64,000 bases of DNA from Psychroserpens sp. (GTDB taxonomy: Bacteria; Bacteroidota; Bacteroidia; Flavobacteriales; Flavobacteriaceae), in NCBI RefSeq assembly GCF_017643165.1, contig NZ_JAEPNY010000003.1; one strand, given 5' to 3'. A program made the translations under genes and the position numbers. The stretch's first letter is position 1. The number at the start of each line of letters is the position of its first letter. The notes under the pieces were generated by a model. That model was not told where the DNA came from. It saw only the letters and a list, made by a program, of their open reading frames with translations, and did not search any database. Below are positions 45,373 through 55,627 of this stretch, piece by piece.

Positions 45373-46635
45373 TTATTGAATGAATGTCACTTTAGTAATC
45401 TTGCCATTGTTGACTTCATATATGGCTACAGCATGAAAGGTCTGTCCGTTTGCTGTGACTTCCTCTTCGTCAATTACCTTGTTGCCTATAACGATACGTT
45501 TTTTGATTGCAGCATTTAAACCTTGTGCGCGTTCAAACCAGCTTTGATAACTCTTGCGCATGGCATCTTTGCCTTCTGTTTGTAATTGGTTTGGATAAGC
45601 ATACAGTTTAATATCATCAGCGTAGTCACTCATAAATGCATCAATATTTTTAGCGTTATAGGCCTCCAGATTACGTTGAACAATTGCCTCAACACTCGAA
45701 GAATCATTCGATTCATTAGAAGAATTCTCGTTCGTTTCAGAAGTTTCAGAAGTCGTAGTTTCTGATGTGGCTGAGGTACTTAATTCACCTGCAATTAATA
45801 ATTTAGTGCTTACAGTATTTACACTTAGTCGCGTGATCTTAGAAATACCATTCGTACTGAGATCCTGAACTTGTTTCCAGTTATTATCACGTTTTAAACG
45901 CAGTTTATATAGCATGCTATCTTTTCCAGATAACAGAGTTTTGCTATCCATCCAGCAAATATCTTCAACACCTTCTATCGTATTAGCAACTAATTTTGTT
46001 TCACCTGTCAACGGATTAAGTGATTTAATCTGCCATGTGTCATTTTCCTTCGAGATAAAACTTACCAAGTTTGAATTTGGAATCTTATGAAACGAACGGC
46101 CAACTTGAGTGGCATATTTGCGATTTGTTTGATTTTTAAGATCAGAAACAAATAAGTTTAATTGTTCACCTTCAATCACGGCTGATACAATAATATCTTC
46201 GTTAAACCATGTATAATAGGCTACTACTAGATCTGCTATGAGTTCTGTTGATTTTGTGTCACTTCGGTCATAGGCATAAAGGCGCTGTTTTCCATTTGGA
46301 TCAAGGCGAACTGCTGAAACTTGATTTTTATTGGGAATTTTTAGAGGTGTGTATTCACCTCCTTCGGTAAAATTGAGCCAGGTTTTTGAACCATATCGCG
46401 TATCGTATTTGGCAATATCCGTTTGTCCGTCGCGGGTTGATGAAAATAATATATAACGATCATTCATAAATGATGGCTGATTATCATAGCCTTCATTATT
46501 GGAAATATTTTCACCGTTTTCAACTGAAATAGATGAGCCAGAGCTATTAATATCGAATAAGAAAATATCTGTATTTGGTTGAGCAAAAGTCAAAGACAAT
46601 GCAAATAAGAAAAGGAAGGAGAAATACTGTTTCAT
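45373..46635 (-). CDS. Secreted TolB-like beta-propeller protein fused to a SnoaL/NTF2-like domain
   Basis: Signal peptide. PD40-like repeats (NEGYDNQPSF, DGQTDIAKYD). A Ser/Thr/Glu-rich linker. The C-terminal ~110 aa has a SnoaL-like pattern (VQRNLEAYNAKNIDAFMSDYADDI). Confidence 0.6.
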   Translation of the reverse strand: MKQYFSFLFLFALSLTFAQPNTDIFLFDINSSGSSISVENGENISNNEGYDNQPSFMNDRYILFSSTRDGQTDIAKYDTRYGSKTWLNFTEGGEYTPLKIPNKNQVSAVRLDPNGKQRLYAYDRSDTKSTELIADLVVAYYTWFNEDIIVSAVIEGEQLNLFVSDLKNQTNRKYATQVGRSFHKIPNSNLVSFISKENDTWQIKSLNPLTGETKLVANTIEGVEDICWMDSKTLLSGKDSMLYKLRLKRDNNWKQVQDLSTNGISKITRLSVNTVSTKLLIAGELSTSATSETTTSETSETNENSSNESNDSSSVEAIVQRNLEAYNAKNIDAFMSDYADDIKLYAYPNQLQTEGKDAMRKSYQSWFERAQGLNAAIKKRIVIGNKVIDEEEVTANGQTFHAVAIYEVNNGKITKVTFIQ

Positions 46636-46673
46636 GATGTGATAATTAGTAGACTTAAAGATAATAAAATAAA

Positions 46674-46702
46674 AAAGCCAATCTCAAATAGAGATTGGCT
46701 TT
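46674..46702 (-). terminator. Terminator after fadE
   Basis: 12-bp stem AAAGCCAATCTC / GAGATTGGCTTT. On the minus strand TTTTTATTTT follows. Confidence 0.8.
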
Positions 46703-46737
46703 AAACAATGTTCATAAAATTTGAATTAGCCTAAATT

Positions 46738-48540
46738 TTAGAAACAATATTTATTCTCAGCTTTTACCTTATCGGCAACTACATTTCGTAAAGCTACAAC
46801 GTTAGGGTAGTTTTGATATTTCGTGAAACGTTTTAGGCCCATTAGCATCATGCGTTGTTCGTCACCTTCTGCAAATGAGATAATACCTTCACGACCCTTA
46901 GCTTCGGTTAAGCTTACCGCATTATAAAGGTATAATTTTGCCATTGCGATTTGCGCTTCTTGATCAGCTTCACCAAATCGTTTCGCGTTCTTTTCAGCTC
47001 TTAGTATTGCCGATTCTGCCATATAGATTTCGATTAAGATGTCAGATGCCGCAGAGAGTAGCTGTTGGTGCTGTTCTAGATCTGGTCCAAATTTTTGAAC
47101 AGCTGCTCCAGCCACCATCAAGAATACTTTTTTCAATTTCGCGATCATCGCTTTTTCTTCGGAAAATAATTCTGAGTAATCTGGCGTTTCAAACGAAGGA
47201 ATACCCATTAGTTCTTCTTGAACCTTCATTGCTGGACCTAAAAGATCAACATGACCTTTCATGGCTTTTTTAACAAGCATTCCAACTGCTAACATGCGGT
47301 TGATCTCATTTGTTCCTTCATAAATTCGAGCGATACGTGCATCTCTCCAAGCAGCTTCCATAGGCGTTTCTTCTGAGAATCCCATTCCACCAAAGATTTG
47401 AATGCCTTCATCAGCGCAATTTTGTACATCCTCGGACACAGCCACTTTTAGAATCGAACACTCAATGGCGTATTCTTCTACACCTTTAAGTTCTGCTTCT
47501 TGATGCGTATTTCCAGAGGCTTCTCTAATAGCGATTCTGTCTTCAATATTTTTTGAAGCACGATAGGTAGCAGATTCACCAGCATAAGCGCTAGCTGCCA
47601 TTTCTGCAAGCTTTGATTTAATCGCACCAAATTCAGCAATAGGCGTTTTAAATTGCTTACGCTCATTTGCATAGTTAACCGCAGTCGTTAGAATTCGTCT
47701 CTGAGAATCTAAACAAGCTGCTGCTAATTTTATACGTCCAACATTTAAAGCATTCATTGCGATCTTAAATCCTTCACCACGACCAGCTAGCATATTTTCT
47801 ACAGGCACAACACAGTCATTAAAGAATACTTGGCGTGTAGAACTTGCACGAATACCTAATTTGTGTTCTTCTTCACCTAGAGTAATACCATTAGAAGGAT
47901 CGTTTTCTACTATAAAGCCTGTAATATTCTTATCATCTTCGATACGCGCAAAAACGATGAACAATTTACAGAAACCTGCATTTGAGATCCACATCTTTTG
48001 GCCGTTAATCTTATAGGTCTTACCATCCGCTGAAAGTTCAGCAGTAGTCTTACCAGAATTTGCATCAGATCCTGCTCCAGGTTCTGTCAAACAATACGCA
48101 CCAAACCATTCTCCAGAAGCAAGGTTAGGTACATATTTTAATTTTTGTTCTTCTGTTCCGTAAAGTGTGATTGGCATAGTTCCAATTCCTGTATGCGCTC
48201 CAAATGCTGTACTGAATGATCCAGTTCCACTAGAGATGTAATCGCACGTTAAAACGGTTGAAACAAATCCCATTCCTAATCCACCATAAGCTTCAGGAAC
48301 AGCAACGCCAAGGAAGCCTAATTGACCAGCTTTAACCATACATTCTTCAGTGAAGGCATAATCTTTAGCCTCAAAACGTTCTCTATGTGCTATTACTTCG
48401 CGGTCGTTAAATTCCATAACCGCTTCTTTCATCATTTTCTGTTCTTCGCTAAAATCTTCTGGTGTAAATACATCTTCACACGTCGTTTCTTTTACAAGGA
48501 ATTGTCCTCCTCTTAAGATTTCCTTTTCTGTTGTTTCCAT
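46738..48540 (-). CDS. fadE: Acyl-CoA dehydrogenase (long form, FadE-type)
   Basis: ACAD motifs (CLTEPGAGSDA, QIFGGMGFSEE, YEGTNEI) plus a ~200 aa C-terminal extension. Confidence 0.92.
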   Translation of the reverse strand: METTEKEILRGGQFLVKETTCEDVFTPEDFSEEQKMMKEAVMEFNDREVIAHRERFEAKDYAFTEECMVKAGQLGFLGVAVPEAYGGLGMGFVSTVLTCDYISSGTGSFSTAFGAHTGIGTMPITLYGTEEQKLKYVPNLASGEWFGAYCLTEPGAGSDANSGKTTAELSADGKTYKINGQKMWISNAGFCKLFIVFARIEDDKNITGFIVENDPSNGITLGEEEHKLGIRASSTRQVFFNDCVVPVENMLAGRGEGFKIAMNALNVGRIKLAAACLDSQRRILTTAVNYANERKQFKTPIAEFGAIKSKLAEMAASAYAGESATYRASKNIEDRIAIREASGNTHQEAELKGVEEYAIECSILKVAVSEDVQNCADEGIQIFGGMGFSEETPMEAAWRDARIARIYEGTNEINRMLAVGMLVKKAMKGHVDLLGPAMKVQEELMGIPSFETPDYSELFSEEKAMIAKLKKVFLMVAGAAVQKFGPDLEQHQQLLSAASDILIEIYMAESAILRAEKNAKRFGEADQEAQIAMAKLYLYNAVSLTEAKGREGIISFAEGDEQRMMLMGLKRFTKYQNYPNVVALRNVVADKVKAENKYCF

Positions 48541-48563
48541 CGCTATATTTTGTTTTGTTCTAA

Positions 48564-49754
48564 TTAATTTAAAAATTCAAAGATTCCGCAAGCACCTTGT
48601 CCTGTACCAACACACATGGTAACGGCACCATATTTACTCGTCATTTCACGTTTTCGCATCTCGTCAAATAGTTGAACGGATAGTTTGGCTCCTGTACATC
48701 CAAGAGGATGTCCTAATGCAATGGCGCCACCATTTACATTGATGATATCTGGATTGAGTCCTAATTCACGAATTACAGCTAAAGACTGAGAAGCAAAAGC
48801 TTCGTTCAATTCTATCAGTCCTAAATCTTCTTGTTTTAAGCCGGCTTGACTTAAAGCTTTTGGAATGGCCTTTACTGGTCCAATTCCCATAATTCGTGGT
48901 TCTACACCTGCCGCGGCATAGCTTACTAGTCTTGCAACTGGCTCGATGTTAAGTTCTTTAACCATATCTTCACTCATGACCATAACGAATGCTGCACCAT
49001 CACTCATTTGAGAGGAGTTACCTGCAGTAACCGAACCACCTTGAGCGAATACTGCTCTTAGTTTCGCAAGTGCTTCTAAATTCGTGCCAGCTCTAGGTCC
49101 TTCGTCTTTAGTAACAGTATAAGAACGCGTCGCTTTTTTGCCGTTTCCGTCAATGAACGTTTGATCTACAGTAATAGGAACGATTTGATCTTGAAAACGA
49201 TTCTCAGCCTGAGCACGTAACGCCTTCATATGTGAATTATATGCAAATTCATCCTGATCTTCTCTTGATACATTAAATTGATTTGCAACAGCCTCTGCAG
49301 TGTTCCCCATTCCCCAATAATATTCTTCATGTCCTGCTTTAACCGTATCGTAATTTAATTCTGGCTTAAATCCTGTCATAGGCACTGAGCTCATACTTTC
49401 CGAACCACCGGCAATGATACAATCTGCCATTCCAGATTGAATTTTGGCAGCCGCAATACCTATGGTCTCAAGCCCAGACGAGCAAAATCTATTTACTGTA
49501 ACACCAGGGACATCAACACTATTTAATCCGATTAGTGAAATGAAGCGCGCCATGTTGAGTCCTTGTGACCCTTCAGGCATAGCATTACCTACAATGACAT
49601 CATCAATTCTAGATACGTCTAGATTAGGTAACTCCTTCATCATATGTTGAATGGTTTCGGCGCCTAATTCATCAGCTCTTTTAAATCTGAAAACGCCTTT
49701 TGGTGCTTTCCCTACGGCTGTTCTATATGCTTTTACTATATATGCTTGTCTCAT
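48564..49754 (-). CDS. fadA: Acetyl-CoA C-acyltransferase (3-ketoacyl-CoA thiolase)
   Basis: Active-site Cys (NRFCSSGLE), with GHPLGCTG and CVGTGQG near the C-terminus. Confidence 0.93.
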   Translation of the reverse strand: MRQAYIVKAYRTAVGKAPKGVFRFKRADELGAETIQHMMKELPNLDVSRIDDVIVGNAMPEGSQGLNMARFISLIGLNSVDVPGVTVNRFCSSGLETIGIAAAKIQSGMADCIIAGGSESMSSVPMTGFKPELNYDTVKAGHEEYYWGMGNTAEAVANQFNVSREDQDEFAYNSHMKALRAQAENRFQDQIVPITVDQTFIDGNGKKATRSYTVTKDEGPRAGTNLEALAKLRAVFAQGGSVTAGNSSQMSDGAAFVMVMSEDMVKELNIEPVARLVSYAAAGVEPRIMGIGPVKAIPKALSQAGLKQEDLGLIELNEAFASQSLAVIRELGLNPDIINVNGGAIALGHPLGCTGAKLSVQLFDEMRKREMTSKYGAVTMCVGTGQGACGIFEFLN

Positions 49755-49759
49755 TGTTT

Positions 49760-52168
49760 TTAGTTTCTTAATGGTTTACCAGTTTTAAGCATGTGCTGAA
49801 TTCTTTCTAATGTTTTACGTTCTGTACAAAGCGAAAGGAATGCCTCACGTTCGATATCTAATAGATATTGTTCTGAGACTAGTGTAGGTTCTGATAAGTC
49901 TCCTCCAGCCATCACATAGGCCAATTTGTTAGCAATCTTTTGATCATGTTCACTAATGTAGTTACTAGCGTTCATCGCATCTGTTCCTACCAAGAACATA
50001 CCTAAGGCTTGTTTTCCTAATACTTTAATATCCTTACGTTTTACTGGTTGGGTGTAACCAGCATCGGCCATTAATCTGGCATGTGCTTTAGCCGTTGCTA
50101 TTTGGCGGTCTTTATTCACGACAACAATATCTTTGCCCTTCTGAAGTACACCTAGATCGAATGCCTCATAAGCTGATGTAGCTACCTTAGCCATTCCGAT
50201 CGTTAAGAAATAATCTTGCAATACATTTAGTTCAACATCACCTTTTCTAAAGGTATCTTGAGCACGTAGTGCCATTTCTTTTGAACCACCACCTCCAGGG
50301 ATCACACCAACACCGAATTCTACTAATCCAATATAAGTCTCCGCTGCAGCTACAACTTTATCGGCATGCATTGATAATTCACAACCACCACCAAGTGTCA
50401 TACCGTGAGGTGCTGAAATGGTAGGAATTGAAGAATAACGCATACGCATCATCGTATCTTGGAAGTATTTAATCGCCATATTTAGCTCATCGTATTCTTG
50501 CTCGGCAGCCATCATGAAGATCATACCAATATTAGCACCTACAGAAAAATTGGCTCCTTGATTTCCAACAACCAATCCATCAAAATCTTTTTCTGCTATA
50601 TCGATTGCTTTATTTAATCCAGCGAGTACATCTCCACCAATAGTATTCATCTTCGAGCGGAACTCAACGTTTATAATACCATCACCTAAATCTTCAACTA
50701 CAACACCTGAATTCTTATATACTTCATTTGACTTTCTGATATTATCGAGAATAATGAAGTTGTCTTGACCCGGAATTTTCTCCTGAGATTTCTTCGGAAT
50801 ATCATAGGCATAAGTGGCTCCGTCTTTAACGGTGTAAAATGAGGTGCTTCCAGAAGCCAACATTTCGGTTACCCAAGTATTAGGCTCCAGTCCTTCAGCT
50901 TTCATCATTTCTATTCCTGCTTCAACACCAATTTCATCCCATATTTGGAAAGGTCCGTGACCCCAACCAAATCCTGCTTTCATGGCATCGTCAATCTTGT
51001 ATAGCTCATCGGTGATTTCAGGAATTCTATTTGAAACATAAGCAAAAAGTGCAGCTAAATGTTTTCTATAAAATTCGCCTGCTTTATCCTTACCTTTAAC
51101 TAACACTTTGAAACGATCTGCAACATCGTCAATTGTTTTAGTCAATTCTAATGTAGCGAACTTGGCACGTTGCTTCGATCTGTAGTCTAGGGTGTTTAAA
51201 TCTAATGACAGAATTTCTTTTTTGCCTTCAGCGGAAACACTTTTTTTATAAAACCCTTGACCTGTTTTACTTCCTAACCATTTATTTTCCATCATAGTAT
51301 TGATGAAATCTGGAATTTGGAAGAGCTCATGACGTTCGTCATCTGGACAATTGTCTTTTATACCATTAGCAACATGAACTAAGGTATCCAAACCAACAAC
51401 ATCTACTGTTCTGAAGGTGGCAGATTTAGGTCTACCGATTACTGGTCCTGATAATTTATCTACTTCCTCAATAGTTAAATCTAATTCTTTGACGACATGG
51501 AACACGTTCATAATACTGAAGATTCCGATTCGATTTCCAATAAACGCTGGTGTATCTTTAGCAATTACAGATGTTTTGCCTAAAAATTGTTCACCATATC
51601 CGTTTAAAAATTCTAATACAGTCGCGTCTGTTTTAGGACCAGGTATGATTTCAAATAATTTTAAGTAGCGCGCTGGGTTAAAGAAGTGGGTACCACAAAA
51701 ATGCTTTTGAAAATCTTCACTTCGTCCTTCACTCATGAATTTGATAGGAATACCCGACGTATTTGAAGTAATTAGAGTACCAGGAGTTCTGTATTTTTCT
51801 AATTTTTCAAAAACCTGTTGTTTAATGTCAAGTCGTTCAACGACAACCTCCATGATCCAATCAACATCTTTGACTTTGGCAATATCATCTTCTAGATTAC
51901 CAGTGGTAATTCGGTTTTTAAAAGACGGATGATAGAGTGGTGCTGGTTTTGATTTTATAGCTGATGTTAGTGCATCATTCACGAGTCTATTTCTGACTAC
52001 AGTATCTTCTAAAGTGAGTCCTTTAGCCTTTTCTTTATCGTTCAGTTCTCTAGGAACGATATCCAATAATAAAACGTCAACTCCAATATTGGCAAAATGA
52101 CAAGCGATTCCGCTTCCCATGATTCCGGAGCCAATAATGGCAATTTTTTTAATTCGTCGTTTACTCAT
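49760..52168 (-). CDS. fadN: Bifunctional 3-hydroxyacyl-CoA dehydrogenase / enoyl-CoA hydratase (dehydrogenase-first, FadN-like)
   Basis: N-terminal NAD fold (IAIIGSGIMGSGIA). C-terminal crotonase fold (GANFSVGANI, LGGGCEL). ATG at 52168 is preferred and lies 1 nt after the marR stop. Confidence 0.92.
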   Translation of the reverse strand: MSKRRIKKIAIIGSGIMGSGIACHFANIGVDVLLLDIVPRELNDKEKAKGLTLEDTVVRNRLVNDALTSAIKSKPAPLYHPSFKNRITTGNLEDDIAKVKDVDWIMEVVVERLDIKQQVFEKLEKYRTPGTLITSNTSGIPIKFMSEGRSEDFQKHFCGTHFFNPARYLKLFEIIPGPKTDATVLEFLNGYGEQFLGKTSVIAKDTPAFIGNRIGIFSIMNVFHVVKELDLTIEEVDKLSGPVIGRPKSATFRTVDVVGLDTLVHVANGIKDNCPDDERHELFQIPDFINTMMENKWLGSKTGQGFYKKSVSAEGKKEILSLDLNTLDYRSKQRAKFATLELTKTIDDVADRFKVLVKGKDKAGEFYRKHLAALFAYVSNRIPEITDELYKIDDAMKAGFGWGHGPFQIWDEIGVEAGIEMMKAEGLEPNTWVTEMLASGSTSFYTVKDGATYAYDIPKKSQEKIPGQDNFIILDNIRKSNEVYKNSGVVVEDLGDGIINVEFRSKMNTIGGDVLAGLNKAIDIAEKDFDGLVVGNQGANFSVGANIGMIFMMAAEQEYDELNMAIKYFQDTMMRMRYSSIPTISAPHGMTLGGGCELSMHADKVVAAAETYIGLVEFGVGVIPGGGGSKEMALRAQDTFRKGDVELNVLQDYFLTIGMAKVATSAYEAFDLGVLQKGKDIVVVNKDRQIATAKAHARLMADAGYTQPVKRKDIKVLGKQALGMFLVGTDAMNASNYISEHDQKIANKLAYVMAGGDLSEPTLVSEQYLLDIEREAFLSLCTERKTLERIQHMLKTGKPLRN

Positions 52169-52169
52169 A

Positions 52170-52625
52170 TTATTTAACAATGTGTTCTTTAGTGTTGTAT
52201 ATCTGTTTGTTGGAGATCATATTATTAATGACTTCAGCTACTTTGTAGAAGTTAGTAAGCTCATCTTCAGAAACATTCTCTCTTATTGTATCATTAAAGG
52301 TTAGCACTTTTTCTCTTGAATAAGCTCTCTTTTCTCTACCAAATTCGGTTAAATAGATTAGAACACCGCGACCATCTTCTGGATTTGGTTTTCTTATGAT
52401 TAAGCCTTTTTCTTCCATAGTTTTTAGCGTACGTGAAAGGCTGGTTGCTTCCATTCCCATTTTTGGCCCTAGTGAAGTTGAAGGTGTGCCGTTTTCTGGA
52501 TCGATACTTAATAGCGCAAATCCTGTGGCCATTGTTGTACCGAATTGTGAGGCTTCTTCATTATACATCTTATTGACTGCTAACCATGTGGTTCGCAGTA
52601 CGTAATCTATAGTTTTGTCCTTCAT
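52170..52625 (-). CDS. MarR family transcriptional regulator
   Basis: About 150 aa winged-helix protein (SLSRTLKTMEEKGLIIRKPNPEDGRGVLIYLTEFG). It is the first gene of the fad operon. Confidence 0.88.
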   Translation of the reverse strand: MKDKTIDYVLRTTWLAVNKMYNEEASQFGTTMATGFALLSIDPENGTPSTSLGPKMGMEATSLSRTLKTMEEKGLIIRKPNPEDGRGVLIYLTEFGREKRAYSREKVLTFNDTIRENVSEDELTNFYKVAEVINNMISNKQIYNTKEHIVK

Positions 52626-52642
52626 AAATTAAAATTGAATTC

Positions 52643-52701
52643 CAAATATACTAAAAAATACTATGCATGCATAGTATTTTAGAAAAAATTATGCATGCAT
52701 A
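52643..52701 (-). promoter_or_regulatory. Candidate MarR operators and -7 element of the marR-fadNAE promoter
   Basis: 26-nt perfect palindrome AAAATACTATGCATGCATAGTATTTT at 52655-52680. A second copy of the core, TATGCATGCATA, at 52690-52701. Minus-strand TATATTTG at 52650-52643. Confidence 0.6.
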
Positions 52702-52803
52702 GTAAACAGGTGTTTGGATTGAAATTTGTGGTATATAATAAAACTAGGGTTTAAATAGCACCCAATATTCTATTGAAACGTAAGGAAGTTCTATTGAGAA
52801 GAA

Positions 52804-54579
52804 TTATCCTCGATAAATTTTTTCGTAGAGATCTTTATAAATTCCTTTAATAACGTCACGCTTCATTTTCATAGTTGGTGTTAGGTGTCCACCATCAATA
52901 GACCATACATCTGAAGTTAATTCGAAGCGTTTTATTTGTTCCCATTTACCAAATCGAGCGTTGTATTTGTTAACTTCTTTCTGAATGCGCTTAATCACTT
53001 TTTCTGAAGACGCAATTTCTTCTTCAGTCGTACCGATGTTGTGTTCTTTATGTTCGATCCAATCTCTTATGAATTCAAAATTAGGTTGAATTAATGCAGC
53101 AGGCATTTTTTCGCCTTCACCAATGACCATAACTTGCTCAATAAATAGGGATTGTTTGAGATCGTTCTCCAAAAGGGTAGGAATGATATACTTACCACCC
53201 GAAGTTTTAAACATTTCTTTCTTACGACCTGTAATCTTTAAGAAGCCATCAGCGTCTATTTCTCCTTTATCTCCAGTATGGAAAAAATCACCAGTCATTA
53301 CACTTGCTGTCTTTTCCGGATCTTTGTAATAGCCTTGCATGACATTAGGTCCTTTTATTAAAAGTTCGCCATCATCAGCAATTTTGACTTCTACATTATC
53401 GATAGGTTTTCCAACTGTGCCTACCTTATACATGTTATCTCTGTATAATCCAACCGATACAACTGGGGAGGTCTCTGTTAAACCATAGCCTTCCATCACT
53501 TGCATACCAGCCGCTGCAAACACTCTCGATAATCGAGGTTGGAGTGCTGCACTTCCTGAGACCATTGTAGTTAATTCGCCTCCTAGTGCTTCGCGCCATT
53601 TACTAAAAATAAGTTTATTGGCAATTTTTAATTTAAAGTTGTACCATCCGCCATTGGCACCATAAGGTTCCCATTGTTCACCAAGTCTAACGGCCCAAAA
53701 GAATAGTGCTTTTTTGATGCCAGTTAAGTCTTCACCTTTCAACATGATCTTATCGAATACTTTTTCAAGTAATCGAGGGACTACACTCATGAGATGCGGA
53801 TTTATTTCTTTCGCATTGTCGCCTATTTTATCTAATGCTTCAGCAAAATATATTGAAGTTCCAGCATATTGATACACGTAAATCAAAACGCGTTCAAAAA
53901 TGTGACAGATCGGTAAAAAACTCAGTACTCTTGTTTCACCGCTAGGAGGTAGTGGTACTCTAGGCGAGCTATCGAGAACGTTACTGGTAATATTCCAATG
54001 TGATAACATAACACCTTTTGGTTTTCCAGTAGTTCCAGATGTGTAAATTATAGTAGCTAAATCGTCTGGTTGAACAGCGTCTTTGCGAGCTTCAACCTCA
54101 GATTGGTTACTATCATCTTTACCGTGTTCAAAAAGTTCTGAATAATGCTTACAGCCATCAATATGATCAAAAGAGTAGACCTCTTTGACTTTCGTATTAG
54201 ATTTTACTTTCTTGACTTTTTCATAGACTTCTTCATCTGATACAAAACAATAAATAGCTTCGCTATGATTCAAAACGTACTCATAATCTTCGGCGCTAAT
54301 TGTTGGGTAAATAGGAATGTTTTGTGCTCCAATTTGAAGTACACCTATGTCCATAATATTCCATTCAGTGCGATTCGTAGATGAGATTACGGCGATTTTA
54401 TCATTCTTCTTTACACCCATCTTTAGTAACGCTCGACTAACGGCATTTGCTTTATCCAAATACTTTTTAGTTGAGGTTTTAACCCATTCACCATCGTATT
54501 TTGTGACTAACGCAGCATCTAAATTATGGGTTTCTAATTGGTAATATGCAAAGTCAAATAATCTTGTAATTTCTATCAT
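52804..54579 (-). CDS. fadD: Long-chain fatty acid-CoA ligase (AMP-forming)
   Basis: AMP-binding motifs YTSGTTGKPKGV and GYGLTE, with TGD at the C-terminal end. Confidence 0.9.
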   Translation of the reverse strand: MIEITRLFDFAYYQLETHNLDAALVTKYDGEWVKTSTKKYLDKANAVSRALLKMGVKKNDKIAVISSTNRTEWNIMDIGVLQIGAQNIPIYPTISAEDYEYVLNHSEAIYCFVSDEEVYEKVKKVKSNTKVKEVYSFDHIDGCKHYSELFEHGKDDSNQSEVEARKDAVQPDDLATIIYTSGTTGKPKGVMLSHWNITSNVLDSSPRVPLPPSGETRVLSFLPICHIFERVLIYVYQYAGTSIYFAEALDKIGDNAKEINPHLMSVVPRLLEKVFDKIMLKGEDLTGIKKALFFWAVRLGEQWEPYGANGGWYNFKLKIANKLIFSKWREALGGELTTMVSGSAALQPRLSRVFAAAGMQVMEGYGLTETSPVVSVGLYRDNMYKVGTVGKPIDNVEVKIADDGELLIKGPNVMQGYYKDPEKTASVMTGDFFHTGDKGEIDADGFLKITGRKKEMFKTSGGKYIIPTLLENDLKQSLFIEQVMVIGEGEKMPAALIQPNFEFIRDWIEHKEHNIGTTEEEIASSEKVIKRIQKEVNKYNARFGKWEQIKRFELTSDVWSIDGGHLTPTMKMKRDVIKGIYKDLYEKIYRG

Positions 54580-54641
54580 TTTATATCAAGGGATTGAAGT
54601 ATTGCAAAATATGAAATATTGAGGGATTTTCAAATGTGGCA

Positions 54642-54674
54642 TAAAAAAAAGGAGTCGTATATAAACAACCCCTT
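54642..54674 (-). terminator. Possible terminator after the AraC gene
   Basis: Minus-strand stem AAGGGGT / ACTCCTT (one G-U pair), a 12-nt loop, then eight T residues. Confidence 0.45.
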
Positions 54675-54826
54675 CTATTGTTGAATTAATAGAAAAAATA
54701 GTTAATGCTTTACTACAAATAATTAAAACTAATAAACCCTATATATTAATTTTTAATGACCAACTATCTTTTCTGAGTTAAAAATAAGGTATCAAACTGG
54801 TTAAATGGTGTAAATTATCGTAACTA

Positions 54827-55627
54827 TTAATTTTTAAATACCGCTTTTAATAACGGGTAATCTTTCTTAAAATAGGAACTCGGACTTTCATTCATAAACA
54901 GTTTAAAATCTTTGGCAAAATGCGATCTATCATAATAATCAAACATGTAAATCAAATCTTTGATTTCAAGTTCCTGATTTTCATATCGTTTCATTAATTT
55001 AATGAAGCGATAGAGCCTTATATATTTTCCTGGTGTAAGTCCAACTACTTTTTTAAACTGCGTTTCGAGTGTTTTTTGTGATAGATTGATTTCTTCTAAA
55101 ATCTCACTGACATTAAGTAACCCTTCTTTATTTTGAATCAATTGAATGACTTTATCGATTGTGTCTGTAGTTTTATTGATGGTAAGATCAAGAGAATTGA
55201 AAAAGGTGTTTAATCGGTTTACCATATCTTCAGCTGTTGTGAAGTCATTAAATATGGTCGATATTTTTTTCTCAAATTTTGGATGAAAGGTTTTAAGATT
55301 TAAATGTTTGTTGTCAAGCTTAGATATATTGGTATTTAGGAGCTTGTACAAGGCCGTAGGATGAAAACTCATTCCGAATGACATGGCCTCAGAGTTACAT
55401 TTGAAGTGATAGGATCTAGAGAATTGACCACTGATAATCGTGTCTTTTAAAATGGTTTTATTCTCATTAATAATGGCTTTTTGATCACCAAAGTAAAGAT
55501 GTGTTATATGCGTGAACCCCTGTGGTAAAATTGTAGATTCAAACGGAATACTTCCATTACTGAACGACAATTGATAATATTCTTCGATTAATTGAGGTAT
55601 CCCATTCTTAAAGTACTTAAGCGTCAT
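54827..55627 (-). CDS. AraC family transcriptional regulator
   Basis: C-terminal AraC-type double HTH (SQKTLETQFKKVVGLTPGKYIRLYRF and YYDRSHFAKDFKLFMNESPSSY). ATG at 55627 is preferred. Confidence 0.8.
   Translation of the reverse strand: MTLKYFKNGIPQLIEEYYQLSFSNGSIPFESTILPQGFTHITHLYFGDQKAIINENKTILKDTIISGQFSRSYHFKCNSEAMSFGMSFHPTALYKLLNTNISKLDNKHLNLKTFHPKFEKKISTIFNDFTTAEDMVNRLNTFFNSLDLTINKTTDTIDKVIQLIQNKEGLLNVSEILEEINLSQKTLETQFKKVVGLTPGKYIRLYRFIKLMKRYENQELEIKDLIYMFDYYDRSHFAKDFKLFMNESPSSYFKKDYPLLKAVFKN

Noticed and set aside
52166-52180. An apparent 11-nt overlap between marR and the ORF-track start of fadN, considered as possible recoding.
   Set aside because: An in-frame ATG at 52168, 1 nt after the marR stop, gives the normal MSKRRIKKIAIIGSG N-terminus. 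Ordinary translational coupling is the simpler reading.
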